Of a stretch of 64,000 nucleotides of DNA, positions 44,013 to 53,852 are shown one piece after another. Source of the DNA: Kiritimatiellia bacterium (GTDB lineage Bacteria; Verrucomicrobiota; Kiritimatiellia; RFP12; UBA1067); contig JBJEWF010000087.1 in assembly GCA_051884915.1 (NCBI GenBank), positions 30,595 through 94,594 on the forward strand. Reading direction: 5' to 3'. The position numbers and the translations under genes were made by a program. Numbering within the stretch: the first letter of the stretch is position 1; every line of letters begins with the position of its first letter. The notes below the pieces were generated by a model. The model did no database searches and was not told the DNA's origin. It worked only from the letters and a program-made list of their open reading frames with translations.

Positions 44013-44861
44013 CTACTTCCGGGCGTTGTATTCGTCCAGCTGTTTTTTTGCGCAGTTCGTCGTCACCGTCTGCGCGCCGCGCTCGAACGCCAGCAGCGAG
44101 GTCTTCAGATCGTCGACCGTCCACACGTGGAACTCGTAGCCGGCGTCCCTGATTTCCTTGATGAACGCCGCCGTAATGTACTTGGGATCGAAGTGGCAGT
44201 CGACGCCGTCGGCCTTCGTCTCCTTCAAAGCCGCAATGACCTCCTGGGCGGAAATGCCGACCGGCCGGTTCCTCGGTCCGCGGGCCGAGAGAGTCAGCCA
44301 GAAGACCTTGTATTCGGGCATCTGCTCCTTGAGCGCCTTGCAACTTTCCTTGTTGAAGGAGATGAACAGCGTGTTCTTCGGCGTGGCCTTCGTCTGCTTC
44401 GCGAAGATCCGTCTGATATACGGCACGATTTCGGGTCCCGGCTTCACCTCCACGTAGATCTGGCGGCCGTCGACCGCCAGCTGAAGCAATTCCTCCAGGA
44501 GGGCGGGACGCGTCGGCGAATATTTCGAGCCTTTCCACTTGCCCCAGCCGCCCACGTCGACCTTCGAGATCTCCGTCTCCCAGTTCGCGGCCGCACAGTC
44601 CTTCGTGCAGGCGCCCGCCGTCGTCCGCGTCAGATTGCCGTCATGAAACGTGAAGACCCTCTTGTCCGCCGAAAGATAGACGTCGCATTCGAAGCCAAAA
44701 CCGCGCTCAACCGCCATCCGGTAGGCAGGAAGCGTATTTTCCGGCGCATCGTGCGATTCGCCGCGATGCGCGATGAACGTGTCGAAAGCCGGTTGCGCCG
44801 CCACTGCGGAGCCTGCGACGCAAACGGCCACCGCCGCCGCGAGTCCTGCCGTCAACTTCAT
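44013..44861 (-). CDS. Secreted glycerophosphodiester phosphodiesterase (GDPD family)
   Basis: FIAHRGESHDAPENTLPAYRMAVERGFGFECDV is the GDPD signature (HRG...ENT...E.D). I moved the start to ATG 44861 (MKLTAGLAAAVAVCVAGSAVA, signal peptide). Confidence 0.88.
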   Translation of the reverse strand: MKLTAGLAAAVAVCVAGSAVAAQPAFDTFIAHRGESHDAPENTLPAYRMAVERGFGFECDVYLSADKRVFTFHDGNLTRTTAGACTKDCAAANWETEISKVDVGGWGKWKGSKYSPTRPALLEELLQLAVDGRQIYVEVKPGPEIVPYIRRIFAKQTKATPKNTLFISFNKESCKALKEQMPEYKVFWLTLSARGPRNRPVGISAQEVIAALKETKADGVDCHFDPKYITAAFIKEIRDAGYEFHVWTVDDLKTSLLAFERGAQTVTTNCAKKQLDEYNARK

Positions 44862-44882
44862 GTCCGATTCCTTTCTTTGGAT

Positions 44883-44895
44883 TTGCCAGTGGCAA
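44883..44895. promoter_or_regulatory. 6-1-6 palindrome TTGCCA-g-TGGCAA in the GDPD 5' leader (candidate operator)
   Basis: A perfect inverted repeat lying 22-34 nt upstream of ATG 44861. Confidence 0.35.
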
Positions 44896-44961
44896 CACGC
44901 GACACGGGGAATCCGCGCGAATGGCAACCGCGGACATCCCCGGCGAAACGAAACGGCCTAC

Positions 44962-44990
44962 ATTGTAGATGAATCGGAAACGCCTGTCAA
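44962..44990 (-). promoter_or_regulatory. Near-consensus sigma70 promoter TTGACA-17-TACAAT for the GDPD gene
   Basis: Minus strand reads ggaatTTGACAggcgtttccgattcatcTACAATgtaggcc. This predicts a leader of about 95 nt. Confidence 0.8.
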
Positions 44991-45081
44991 ATTCCAGCCG
45001 GCAGGCGGAAGGCCGCACGACGGCCCGTTCCGAGGCAAGGGCGCTTCGCGGACGATTTCGCGCCGCAGGCGGATCGCCGTC

Positions 45082-46599
45082 CTATTTGAACAGTCCCAGC
45101 CGGAGAATCGGCAGCACCCGCGTCGCGAGCGTCGCATCGAGATCGAAGAGGGCCACTCCCGCAAAGCCCGCCTGCCGGGAAAAGTTGATCTGGTCGACGA
45201 CCTGGCGCGGCGTCAGCGTGGACTCGTTCGCCGTAACGCCGATGCCCCCGATGACATGGCGCGCCTGGGCGCGCGTCAATCCCTGCTTCTGGACCAATGC
45301 GGCCAGCCGCGGCGTATCGGGGACGTAGTTCATCGGAACGACGTAGTCGACAAGGCCGGCGTCGATCCACGCCTTCCAGTCCTGCCCCACCGACGTGACG
45401 CAGGACGGATAGTTCCCCAGAACGGCCGCCGACAGAATCGCCCCGGGGCGGACCGCGCGCACGCGCTGCCGCACGGCCTCGACAAACGTCGTGATGGCGC
45501 GGTCGGGACGCTTCGGCTTGCCGGTCGCCTTTTCGTACCAGCGGACAAAGTCGAGGTGGATGCCCGACACGGCATAGTTGCCCGCCAGCTCGTCGATCGT
45601 CGCCAGGAGATACTGGCGCAGATCGGCGTGGGTCGGATTCAGATAATCCGTCACGCGCCCCTGCACGTCCTTCAGCAGCCATCCCTTTTTCGCGAAAGCC
45701 GCCTTCTTCGCCGGCGAGGCCCGTGTCGCATTGAAGCACAGAACCCAGGCGTGGACGCGGATTCCCGTTCCGCGCGCCGCCGCAAGGCAGGACGACAGCT
45801 GGTCGCCCGCGGCCGTCAGCGTCGCGGACGCCGGAAGGACCTTCGAGGGATAGTGGCCGAAGCCCGCCCCGGCGACGTTGACGAACAGATCCGTGATGCG
45901 GTTGGCCTGGAGCATCCGCATCGTTCGCGGCCAGTCGCCCGGATAAAGGCCCTCTCCCGAATGGTCCCAGACCGCGTGGATTTCCCCGGGACGCGGCGTC
46001 TGCTTCGCGCCATACGCGCGATCCGCCGCCAGACGCGTCTGCCGTTTCGCCTCCCAGGCCGCCGCGTCCCAGACCCCCGGCACCGCCTGTTCCGCCAAGG
46101 CCAGCAGCTGCCGCGCCCGTTCCTCCTCCGTCTCGTCGCTCGAAAAATAGTTGCCCAGCCACCAGCCGCCCTTGAAGGGCCGGACCCGAACCTTCCCGCG
46201 CCGGCGGGAAACGCCCTCGACGGCAACGCCCAGGCGCGACGCCAGGTCGGACGAATAGGATTGCAGAACCGCGACCTTGCCGCCGCGGGCGCGGAACCGG
46301 TCGAGTGCGGCCATGTGCGCCGGAGACGGCTTCTGCATCGTCACCAGATAGGCCAGACGGCGGCCGGACAGAACCGCGTCCAGCGCCTTGTCGGCGGACA
46401 GATCGGCTTTCACGCCGCCCGACGCCAGGCCGTCGACGACGTACCTGGCCCGCGAGGCCGCATAGGCCCGATCGGCCGGCGCGCAGGATTCGACGGCCTG
46501 GATGACGGCAATGGGACTGCGCGCGACAGGACGGGCCCCGCCGAGAAGACAGCACAGGAGAGCGGCGAGCGCGCGCCAAACGGACACCCGCCCCCTCAC
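45082..46599 (-). CDS. Glycosyl-hydrolase-like 10 (GHL10 / YngK-type) family protein with a signal peptide
   Basis: 505 aa. The central part reads ...ITDLFVNVAGAGFGHYPSKVLP...GIRVHAWVLCFN...DYLNPTHADLRQYLLATIDELAGNYAVSGIHLDFVRW, which is typical of the GHL10/UPF0748 TIM barrel. The GTG start overlaps the lpxK stop (GTGA at 46596-46599). Confidence 0.7.
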   Translation of the reverse strand: MRGRVSVWRALAALLCCLLGGARPVARSPIAVIQAVESCAPADRAYAASRARYVVDGLASGGVKADLSADKALDAVLSGRRLAYLVTMQKPSPAHMAALDRFRARGGKVAVLQSYSSDLASRLGVAVEGVSRRRGKVRVRPFKGGWWLGNYFSSDETEEERARQLLALAEQAVPGVWDAAAWEAKRQTRLAADRAYGAKQTPRPGEIHAVWDHSGEGLYPGDWPRTMRMLQANRITDLFVNVAGAGFGHYPSKVLPASATLTAAGDQLSSCLAAARGTGIRVHAWVLCFNATRASPAKKAAFAKKGWLLKDVQGRVTDYLNPTHADLRQYLLATIDELAGNYAVSGIHLDFVRWYEKATGKPKRPDRAITTFVEAVRQRVRAVRPGAILSAAVLGNYPSCVTSVGQDWKAWIDAGLVDYVVPMNYVPDTPRLAALVQKQGLTRAQARHVIGGIGVTANESTLTPRQVVDQINFSRQAGFAGVALFDLDATLATRVLPILRLGLFK

Positions 46600-47810
46600 G
46601 CCGGCGCATCTCCCGTTTTCACCGGCGCGGCGGCGCTTCGCGGACGCACATTGCAGATGTGGTTGACCGCCGTGGCAAAATTCTCCGCCCCCTTCAGGAT
46701 CTCGATGTCCACGCGCAGATAGTAGCAGGGAACCGGCGTTGTCTCGAATCGCGGGAAACGGACGGCGTCCTTTTCCGTCGTAATCAGCGCATCGGCATGC
46801 AAGTCGGCCGTCCTGTTGAGCGCGTAGAGGATTTCCGACGAGTCATACCGGTGGTGATCGGCATATCGTTCGCACCAGATCACCCGCGCGCCCAATTTGC
46901 GCAGCGAGTCCTCGAATCCCTGCGGGACGGCAATGCCCGACAGCGTCGCAAGCGTCTTTCCCTTCAGCCATGTCAGCGGAAGCTCTTCGCGCGACCAGAC
47001 GTCCTTCAGCAGGCGGGGCGCATGCCGGCATTCGATGATCTCGGCCTTCCTGTTGTATTCCCGGATCCGCCTGACGACCTCTTCCGTCTGGCCGTCGGAC
47101 TTCGTGATGAAGATGAAGTCCGCGCGGCCGATGTGCCTGGCCGGCTCGCGCAGGACGCCGCGCGGAAGCATGTGGCCGTTGCCGAACGGATTGGTCTTGT
47201 CCACAAGCACGACCTCCAGCGAATGCTTCAGCCGCTGGTACTGGAATCCGTCGTCCAGAATCAGCGTGTCGCACCCGAAACGCGAAATCGCATATCGGCC
47301 GGCCTTCACCCGGTTGCGGTCCACGACGACGCACACCCCCGGCAGATTGGAGGCCAGCATGTAGGGCTCATCGCCGCCCGTCGCCGCGTCGAGGTGGATG
47401 CGCGTGCCGTCGCTGACGACGAGCGGCGGCTCGATCATGTCCGAGAACATCCGCTGCCACCACGGCTTTTCCTTGCGCCGGTAGCCGCGCGACAGGATCG
47501 CCACTTTCCGGCCGGCCGCCGCCAGTTCCCGGGCGAATTTCTCGGTGACGGGGGTTTTCCCCGTTCCGCCCGCCGTCACGTTGCCGATCGAAATGACCTG
47601 GCAGCCCAGCGGGAAGCGCCGCAAAACCCCCACCTTGTAGAAGAAATACCGGACCGCGACCGCCGCGCAGAAAAGATACGAGATCCCCTTCAGGAAATTC
47701 AGGAGCGCCCGGGCGCCGCCATGCGCCTTTTTGTCGGCGCCCGGCTGCTGGATGAGTTTGACGAGCGAATGCTCCAACCGCTCGATGTAGCTGACTTTCT
47801 GTTTCTGCAA
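46596..47810 (-). CDS. lpxK: Tetraacyldisaccharide 4'-kinase
   Basis: [20 protein letters not shown]...AILSRGY is the LpxK P-loop signature. The track start is a TTG codon (plus-strand caa at 47808-47810). Confidence 0.88.
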   Translation of the reverse strand: MQKQKVSYIERLEHSLVKLIQQPGADKKAHGGARALLNFLKGISYLFCAAVAVRYFFYKVGVLRRFPLGCQVISIGNVTAGGTGKTPVTEKFARELAAAGRKVAILSRGYRRKEKPWWQRMFSDMIEPPLVVSDGTRIHLDAATGGDEPYMLASNLPGVCVVVDRNRVKAGRYAISRFGCDTLILDDGFQYQRLKHSLEVVLVDKTNPFGNGHMLPRGVLREPARHIGRADFIFITKSDGQTEEVVRRIREYNRKAEIIECRHAPRLLKDVWSREELPLTWLKGKTLATLSGIAVPQGFEDSLRKLGARVIWCERYADHHRYDSSEILYALNRTADLHADALITTEKDAVRFPRFETTPVPCYYLRVDIEILKGAENFATAVNHICNVRPRSAAAPVKTGDAPA

Positions 47811-47845
47811 TTTCTTCCGATCCGAAAGTTGAGGGGCCGGGCGGA

Positions 47846-50011
47846 CTATTTTCCGGCCCGGACCGGGTAGAGATCATAGCCGATCTTGCGGATGCCTTCA
47901 ATCGTTTCCCAATACGGGGTGTCGCACACGTCCGTCCAGCCGACCTGCATGTTCTCGCCGTCGAAGCGACCGGCCGTCGCCTGGTCGGAGAACTGGTGCC
48001 AATGGACGCCGACGAACTGCGGGTGTTCCAGGGCCGAGCGGACGTAGTCCTCGTAGACCCGGCCGCGCTCCTGCTGGTCGCGCAGCAGAATCAGCCCCGG
48101 GCAGAACGGACCGCGGTCCAGCGCGCCAAAATGGAACTCGCCCACGAGAACCGGCTTGTCCACGCCTTCGGGGAGCCTGAACTCGCGCAAATGGCGCCGG
48201 TAGATGTTGTAGCTCAGGACGTCGCAGTACTTCGCGGCCGCGCGCACGGTGAATTCCGGCGCCCCGCCCGCCCAGCGGCAGCCGAGGTAGAGTTTCCCCG
48301 GCGCGGCTTTCTTCAGCTCCTCGCGGATGATGCGGTAGTACGTCTCCGCGATTTCCGAGGTGAACGCCTCAAGGTCGTCTCGGGCGCCCGTGCGCGCCGG
48401 CGGCGTGACGACGGCCAGGAAATCCTCCCAGTCCCCGTAGGCCGTCCCCCACTGCGCATTCAATTTCGCGATGTCGCCATACTTCGCCCGGAGACGCTCG
48501 CGAAAGACCCGCTTGCAAGGCTGATCGGCCGGAGACTTGATCGCCGACTCGGCGAACGTGCACGCATCGCCCCAGTGGTGCTCGTTGTCGACAAAGAAGC
48601 CGAAGCACCACGGATCCGCGAACTGTTCGCGGAGTTCCACCGTCTTGCGGCGGGCTTCCGCGCGGAACGACGGGTCGAAGGGATCGCAGAAATCCCACCA
48701 GCCGCCCCGGTGGCCGGCAATCGGACGCGCGTGGATCTCATAACGGTCCGTATACGGCGTGCGGTCCATCAGGCAGATGGCCTTGTCGGACGAGTTGGCG
48801 ATCGTATTGCACCCCCAGCTGCGCAGACGGCGATGCGCCAACTCGCTCCAGGTTTCATACCAGCCCCTGCCGTATTTGCGGGCGATGTTCTGCGCCGAGA
48901 AGTCATAGATGCGCGACATCTTCCAGCGCGCGTAGTACGGGAAGAGCAGCTGGTCGCGCGTCGAGTAGAATTCCGCCTCGGGTTCGTCCTTCGCCGGCAG
49001 GCGCTCGAACCAGTCCTCGTGCCCGTCCAGGGCCGTCGTGGCGCCGCTTGGCGTGACGCGCACGGGCCCGTGGCTCCACCACAGGTGTCCGTCCGGATCG
49101 ACAATCCACCACTTGCCTTTCCATTTGGCCGTCGTGAACCCGCCGGTTTTCTCCAGTTGCGGCCCCTCGGCCCAACCGCCCCACCGGTCCCACCCCTTCG
49201 GCCCGGGGTGGGCCGCGAGATCCTTTTCCTCCTTCGCCCGCTGCCGCGCGAAGTCGGCGTCCGCATGGACCTTGTCCGGCCACTCGCGGTGCTTGAACTG
49301 CCCATACGCGTCGATGAACGGGAAGAACTGCCGCGGCGTCATCTTGGCGAATTCCGGGATGCCGTCAACCGCGCACGGCGCCCCTTTGGCGACGATCCGC
49401 CGGATGCTCCACACGTGCGGCAGCTTCGGCGTGTTGATGTAGACGGCCACCTCCTTCACCGCCTTTGCGTCCAGCGTCGCCACCTTCACGCCGCCGCGCG
49501 AATCCCAGGCGCTCCGTCCCTCCGCCGGCAGACGGGCCCAGACCATGTACGGAAGCGCCCACGTGCGGACGCGCGTCAGCTTCCCGACAATCTCGTGCCA
49601 ATTCGGCAGGTCCGGCGGAATCGGCTGGGAGACGACGGCGTGCTTTTCGCCTTTGACGGGGAGCTTCGCGATGTAGCAGCCCTTTCCCGCGGGCGAACCG
49701 CCGGCATTCAGCAGGCGAATCGTGTACTGGCCGTGGATGCCGCCATTCACGAACTCGACTTCGATCCGTCCGCAGTCCGAAAGATCCCATTCGCCCCTGA
49801 TGGCGACGCCCGGATATTTCTCGCTCGGCTTCGTCGCAACCGTCAGCAGGCCGTTTTCCAAAACGAACGTCGACCCGTCTTGCGCGCGAATCGCCTTCGA
49901 ATCCGCCGCCGTCGCGGCATCGAACAGGACGACCTCGGCGGCCGAGACGCATCCGGCCAGCAGCAACATTCCAACTGCAAGTTCCCTTCGCATCGCCAGT
50001 TCCTTTCTCAT
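47846..50011 (-). CDS. Secreted glycoside hydrolase: beta-sandwich (CBM-like) N-domain + clan GH-A-like catalytic domain. Paralog of the gene at 1..2347.
   Basis: 721 aa from ATG 50011 ([24 protein letters not shown], signal peptide). [10 protein letters not shown] is acid/base-like and [10 protein letters not shown] is nucleophile-like. The first ~250 codons of the track ORF (to 50770) overlap pncC and GH92 and are Arg/Gly-rich junk. Confidence 0.75.
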   Translation of the reverse strand: MRKELAMRRELAVGMLLLAGCVSAAEVVLFDAATAADSKAIRAQDGSTFVLENGLLTVATKPSEKYPGVAIRGEWDLSDCGRIEVEFVNGGIHGQYTIRLLNAGGSPAGKGCYIAKLPVKGEKHAVVSQPIPPDLPNWHEIVGKLTRVRTWALPYMVWARLPAEGRSAWDSRGGVKVATLDAKAVKEVAVYINTPKLPHVWSIRRIVAKGAPCAVDGIPEFAKMTPRQFFPFIDAYGQFKHREWPDKVHADADFARQRAKEEKDLAAHPGPKGWDRWGGWAEGPQLEKTGGFTTAKWKGKWWIVDPDGHLWWSHGPVRVTPSGATTALDGHEDWFERLPAKDEPEAEFYSTRDQLLFPYYARWKMSRIYDFSAQNIARKYGRGWYETWSELAHRRLRSWGCNTIANSSDKAICLMDRTPYTDRYEIHARPIAGHRGGWWDFCDPFDPSFRAEARRKTVELREQFADPWCFGFFVDNEHHWGDACTFAESAIKSPADQPCKRVFRERLRAKYGDIAKLNAQWGTAYGDWEDFLAVVTPPARTGARDDLEAFTSEIAETYYRIIREELKKAAPGKLYLGCRWAGGAPEFTVRAAAKYCDVLSYNIYRRHLREFRLPEGVDKPVLVGEFHFGALDRGPFCPGLILLRDQQERGRVYEDYVRSALEHPQFVGVHWHQFSDQATAGRFDGENMQVGWTDVCDTPYWETIEGIRKIGYDLYPVRAGK

Positions 50012-50475
50012 GTCGCGGCCACGGTCAGCATGCCCAGGGCGTGAATGACGGCGTGCGCCCGGATTCCGGCACGGTCCCCGCGGAAGATGGCCTTCTCCGT
50101 CCGCACGCCGTCCGGCGTCGCCAGGCCAAACCAGACAAGGCCGACGGGTTTTCCGGCGCTGCCGCCATCGGGGCCCGCAATGCCCGTCACCGCGACCGCC
50201 AGATCCGTCTTCAGCAATTTCCGCGCCCCCTCCGCCATGGCCGCCGCGCAGTCGGCGCTTACCGCGCCGACGGTGGCCAGGACCGCCTCCGGCACGCCGA
50301 GCACGTGCCGCTTGACCGAATTGCCATAGCAGATGACGCCGCCCTGGAAGACCGCGCTCGACCCCGGCACGGCCGTGATCGCATGGCCGACGCCGCCGCC
50401 CGTGCACGATTCGGCCGTCGCGCAGGTCAGCCCGCGCGCCTTCAGCAGCGCCACCAGATTTTCCGCCGCGCCCAT
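50008..50475 (-). CDS. pncC: Nicotinamide-nucleotide amidohydrolase PncC (CinA C-terminal domain)
   Basis: 155 aa. [14 protein letters not shown]...VICYGNSVK...[10 protein letters not shown] is the CinA/PncC signature. The stop overlaps the downstream ATG (ATGA at 50008-50011). Confidence 0.88.
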   Translation of the reverse strand: MGAAENLVALLKARGLTCATAESCTGGGVGHAITAVPGSSAVFQGGVICYGNSVKRHVLGVPEAVLATVGAVSADCAAAMAEGARKLLKTDLAVAVTGIAGPDGGSAGKPVGLVWFGLATPDGVRTEKAIFRGDRAGIRAHAVIHALGMLTVAAT

Positions 50476-52668
50476 TCACTTCCCTCCCATCGTAAACTCC
50501 AGTTCGCCGCCCGCGACAACGGCATCGTGCGGCAGGCGCCATCCCGCGAGGGGCCGCCCATTCAGCCGCACGCCCGTCACGTATCTGTTCGCCCGCGACA
50601 AGTTCTTCGCGCGGACGCGGAACTCCTTCCCGCCGGGCCGCTTCAACACGACTTCCGGGAACTGCGGCGCCCCGAGAACGTAGACGCCGCTGCACGGATT
50701 GAACGGATAGAAGCCCATGGCGGCGAAAACATACCAGGCGCTCATCTGCCCGCAATCGTCGTTGCCGCACAGGTCGCCCGGTTTCACGCCGTAGAATCGG
50801 TCGCAGACTTCGCGCACCACGTCAGCCGTCCGGTCGGGACGCCCCGCGATGGAGTAGAAATACGCCACGTGGTGGCTCGGCTCGTTCCCGTGCGCATACT
50901 GCCCGATCAAACCCGTCACGTCGCCCACGAAGCCCATGCCGTCCGTTCGTTCGGGCTGGACGAACAGGGCGTCCAGCTTCTTCACGAACGCCTCGTTGCC
51001 GCCCAGCGCGCCAATCAGGCCCTCGGGATCCTGCAGCACATGCCACGTATACTGAAACGCATTGCCTTCCGTGAAGTCGTTGGCCGTGTCCCCGCCATGG
51101 CCCAGACGGAACGGATCGTACGGCGTCCGCCACCTGCCGGCGACATCCTTGCCGCGCATGAAACCGATGGACGGATCGAACACGTTCTTCCAATAGCCGC
51201 TCCGCTTGCGGAAGAAGGCCTCGTCGCCCTGGCCCCTCGCCCTGCAGAATTCCGCCGCACACCAGTCGTCGAAACCGCATTCCAGCGTCCGCGAGACGGA
51301 TTCGCCGCGAATCCGGTCGAAGGGATAGTAGCCGTAGCGGTCGTAGAGATCCCAGTCTTCCTTGATTTTCGGCCGCCCGAACGGATCCACGTGTTTCAGC
51401 GTGATCGAATTCGTCACGGCCTCGAAGGCCAGATCGGCGTCGAAGCCGCGGAATCCCTTTTTGTAGGCGTCGACGATGACGGGAATGGCGTGATTGCCGA
51501 TCATGCAATGGGATTCCCAGCCAAAATAGGGGATGACCGGCAGGAAGCCCATGGCCCGGTAATGGCCGAGCATGGAATTGACGAATCCGTCCACGCGTTC
51601 CGGCGTCGCCAGCGTGTAGAACGGATGCGCCGCACGAAACGTGTCCCACAGCGAAAACCCCGTGTAGTAGACGCCGTCCGCCGCCGCATGGATCCTGTTG
51701 TCGCCGCCGCGATAGCGTCCGTCGACGTCGGCAATGTCGTTCGGCTGGATGAACAGGTGGTAAAGCGACGTGTAGAAGGCCGTCCGCTGTTCGTCGGTCG
51801 CGCCGGGGACTTCCAGCCGGCCCAGCACCTCCCGCCACCGCTCCCGGGCTTCCCCGCGGATCTCGTCGAAACTCTTCCGCTCGGCCTCGGCGCGAAAGTT
51901 CTTCCGCGCGCCCTCGCAATCCACCGTCGAAATGGCGGCCTTGACGACCAGCGGCGCGCCGGGGCCAAAGTCCAACACCCACCGTTCGCCCTTTTCCTTC
52001 GGATTGACGCGCGGCAGTTTCGTCGCCTTCCGCCACGGACGGTCGAAAACCACTTTCCAGTAAACGCTCCGCTTCAGCCAGGCCTGCGTCCGACGCCCTC
52101 CCAGGATCGTCTTCCGGTCCCGCCCCATCTCGTTTTGGAATTCAACGACAGCTCCGTCCATTCGGCCCGCATTCACCCACTGCAGATCGACGAGCATCTG
52201 CAGCGGCCGATCCGCCGGCGCCGTCACGCGGTAGACGCCCACGCGCGGCGTCGCGGTTGCCTCGACGCGGATGTTTTCATTCGTCAGCACGATGGCGTAA
52301 TAGCCGGGCCGGCCGATTTCCGTCCGCGAATCCTTGGCCTGCCGCCACGCGAGGGGATTGGAGTCGGCAAAGCCCTCCACGAACGGAAGGAGCCTGACAT
52401 CTTCCAGATCCGGGCATCCCGTTCCGCTCAAATGCGTCTGCGTGAAGCCGTAGACGCAGGGATCTTCCCAGACGTACCCCGAGCAATGGTCCCAATCGCA
52501 ATGCCCCGTGTCCGGACTCGCCTGCACGAGCGAAAACGGACAAGTCGCGCCGGGGAACGTGTGGCCGCGATAGGATCCGCCAATCCGCGTATCCACGCAG
52601 TCGACGACATCCGCACCCGCCGCGCACGCGCCCGCCGCCAGCAAAGCCAAGAATCCCGCACCTCTCAT
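50476..52668 (-). CDS. GH92 family alpha-mannosidase
   Basis: HLSGTGCPDL, GNEPSHHVAYFY and CGNDDCGQMSAWYVF are GH92 signatures. I chose the start at ATG 52668 (MRGAGFLALLAAGACAAGA, signal peptide). In-frame ATGs further upstream (up to 52845) cannot be excluded. Confidence 0.85.
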   Translation of the reverse strand: MRGAGFLALLAAGACAAGADVVDCVDTRIGGSYRGHTFPGATCPFSLVQASPDTGHCDWDHCSGYVWEDPCVYGFTQTHLSGTGCPDLEDVRLLPFVEGFADSNPLAWRQAKDSRTEIGRPGYYAIVLTNENIRVEATATPRVGVYRVTAPADRPLQMLVDLQWVNAGRMDGAVVEFQNEMGRDRKTILGGRRTQAWLKRSVYWKVVFDRPWRKATKLPRVNPKEKGERWVLDFGPGAPLVVKAAISTVDCEGARKNFRAEAERKSFDEIRGEARERWREVLGRLEVPGATDEQRTAFYTSLYHLFIQPNDIADVDGRYRGGDNRIHAAADGVYYTGFSLWDTFRAAHPFYTLATPERVDGFVNSMLGHYRAMGFLPVIPYFGWESHCMIGNHAIPVIVDAYKKGFRGFDADLAFEAVTNSITLKHVDPFGRPKIKEDWDLYDRYGYYPFDRIRGESVSRTLECGFDDWCAAEFCRARGQGDEAFFRKRSGYWKNVFDPSIGFMRGKDVAGRWRTPYDPFRLGHGGDTANDFTEGNAFQYTWHVLQDPEGLIGALGGNEAFVKKLDALFVQPERTDGMGFVGDVTGLIGQYAHGNEPSHHVAYFYSIAGRPDRTADVVREVCDRFYGVKPGDLCGNDDCGQMSAWYVFAAMGFYPFNPCSGVYVLGAPQFPEVVLKRPGGKEFRVRAKNLSRANRYVTGVRLNGRPLAGWRLPHDAVVAGGELEFTMGGK

Positions 52669-52880
52669 CGCATGCCCTCCTGCCGACCGTTTCCCGCGCG
52701 CGCCATCACCGCCGCCGGGGACCGGCGGCGACGGCTCCGAAAGGCCGGAGCCGCCCCGCGGCGCGGCCGTGTTCGCGCCATTCGCCATTTCCATTTTCCT
52801 TCGCCCGGGAGATCCCCTCCCCTCCGTTGGCGTCCGGACGGGCAAGACGCCCCCGGCGCCCGTGTCGTTTCCATGCGGAG

Positions 52881-52910
52881 ATTATAGCGCAATTCCCCTT
52901 TCAGCCGCAA
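52881..52910 (-). promoter_or_regulatory. Sigma70-type promoter TTGCGG-18-TATAAT upstream of the GH92 operon
   Basis: Minus strand reads gggTTGCGGctgaaaggggaattgcgcTATAATctccgc. This predicts a GC-rich leader of about 205 nt before ATG 52668. Confidence 0.55.
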
Positions 52911-52973
52911 CCCCCGACGACAACGACGGCGGCGGGGACGGAACGGCCGGACGCGAAAGCCCCAGCGCGGCCG

Positions 52974-53852
52974 TCATTTCCCGAGCGCGAGCAGGGCAAT
53001 GCCGCACACGATCGCGGCGAGAGCGAGGCCCTTGCGGCGCAGATTGCGCTCATGGAAGAGAACGGCGCCCAGGGCGAACGTGATGACGACGGAGAAACGG
53101 CGCGTCAGCGAAGCCACGGAAACGGCGACGTCCGGGATGGCGAGGCCGCGGAAATAGAACCAGTCCGCCGCCGCCAGCAGCACGCCCACCGCAGGAATCG
53201 TCCATCGCCACTGAAACCGCTTCGCGTCGAAGCCGCACACGCGCCACGCCAGGAGAACGACGGCGTACACGAGCACGAGATCGACCTGGAACCAGAACTG
53301 CATCTTCTCGACGGGAAGTCGGGCGAACTGGAGAATGTACTTGTCCCACATGCTGGACGCCGCGCTGAAGCACATGCCGCCGATCGCGCACCAGACGGCC
53401 GGCGTCCGGAAGAAATCGATTCCCTCGTGCCGTCCCGCCCAGCTGAACGTCCAATAGCCGACGAACACCAGCAGCATGCCGGCGCCCTGCACGACCGAGG
53501 GCCGTTCGCCATAGAGAAAGAACGCGGCCGCAAAGACAAGCGCCGGCGCCGATGCGCGAATGGGCGTGGCGATCGTCAACGGCAGCGTCCGGAGCGCATG
53601 GTACGTCAGGATCCAGGAGGTGGCGACGATCAGCGCCTTGACCAGCACGAGAACGGCCTCCCGTCCGCCGATCTCCAGGACCGTGGCCATCCGCCCCGCA
53701 GCCGCCAGCGCCCCCACGTAGCCGAGGGCGCCGAAAAGCGTGGCGAAGAGCAAGACGGGAAGAACGGCGTTGTCCCTGACGGCCGCCTTCTTGGCCAGAT
53801 CGTAGAACGCGAGAAAGACGGCGCTGGCCAGAATGAAAGCCATCCAGTTCAT
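52974..53852 (-). CDS. EamA/DMT-family transporter
   Basis: 292 aa from ATG 53852 (MNWMAFILASAVFLAFYDLAKK). 10 TM segments in two EamA-like halves. The track ORF extension to 54419 lies inside the PHP gene region. Confidence 0.75.
   Translation of the reverse strand: MNWMAFILASAVFLAFYDLAKKAAVRDNAVLPVLLFATLFGALGYVGALAAAGRMATVLEIGGREAVLVLVKALIVATSWILTYHALRTLPLTIATPIRASAPALVFAAAFFLYGERPSVVQGAGMLLVFVGYWTFSWAGRHEGIDFFRTPAVWCAIGGMCFSAASSMWDKYILQFARLPVEKMQFWFQVDLVLVYAVVLLAWRVCGFDAKRFQWRWTIPAVGVLLAAADWFYFRGLAIPDVAVSVASLTRRFSVVITFALGAVLFHERNLRRKGLALAAIVCGIALLALGK

Noticed and set aside
47846-50770. N-terminal extensions of about twenty longest-ORF calls in the track (e.g. 50012-50770, 52669-52845, 53853-54419, 54644-54991, 24581-24688, 30261-30413)
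   Set aside because: The extensions overlap upstream genes, terminators or promoters and read as Arg/Gly-rich junk. A downstream ATG gives a clean signal peptide or the conserved family N-terminus, usually with an SD or a -10 box.
52665-52910. 81-aa minus-strand ORF in the GH92 leader
   Set aside because: Its composition (RRRRSPAAVMARAGNGRQEG) looks non-coding, and its first part precedes the predicted promoter. I kept it only as a possible uORF remark in the leader finding, not as a gene.
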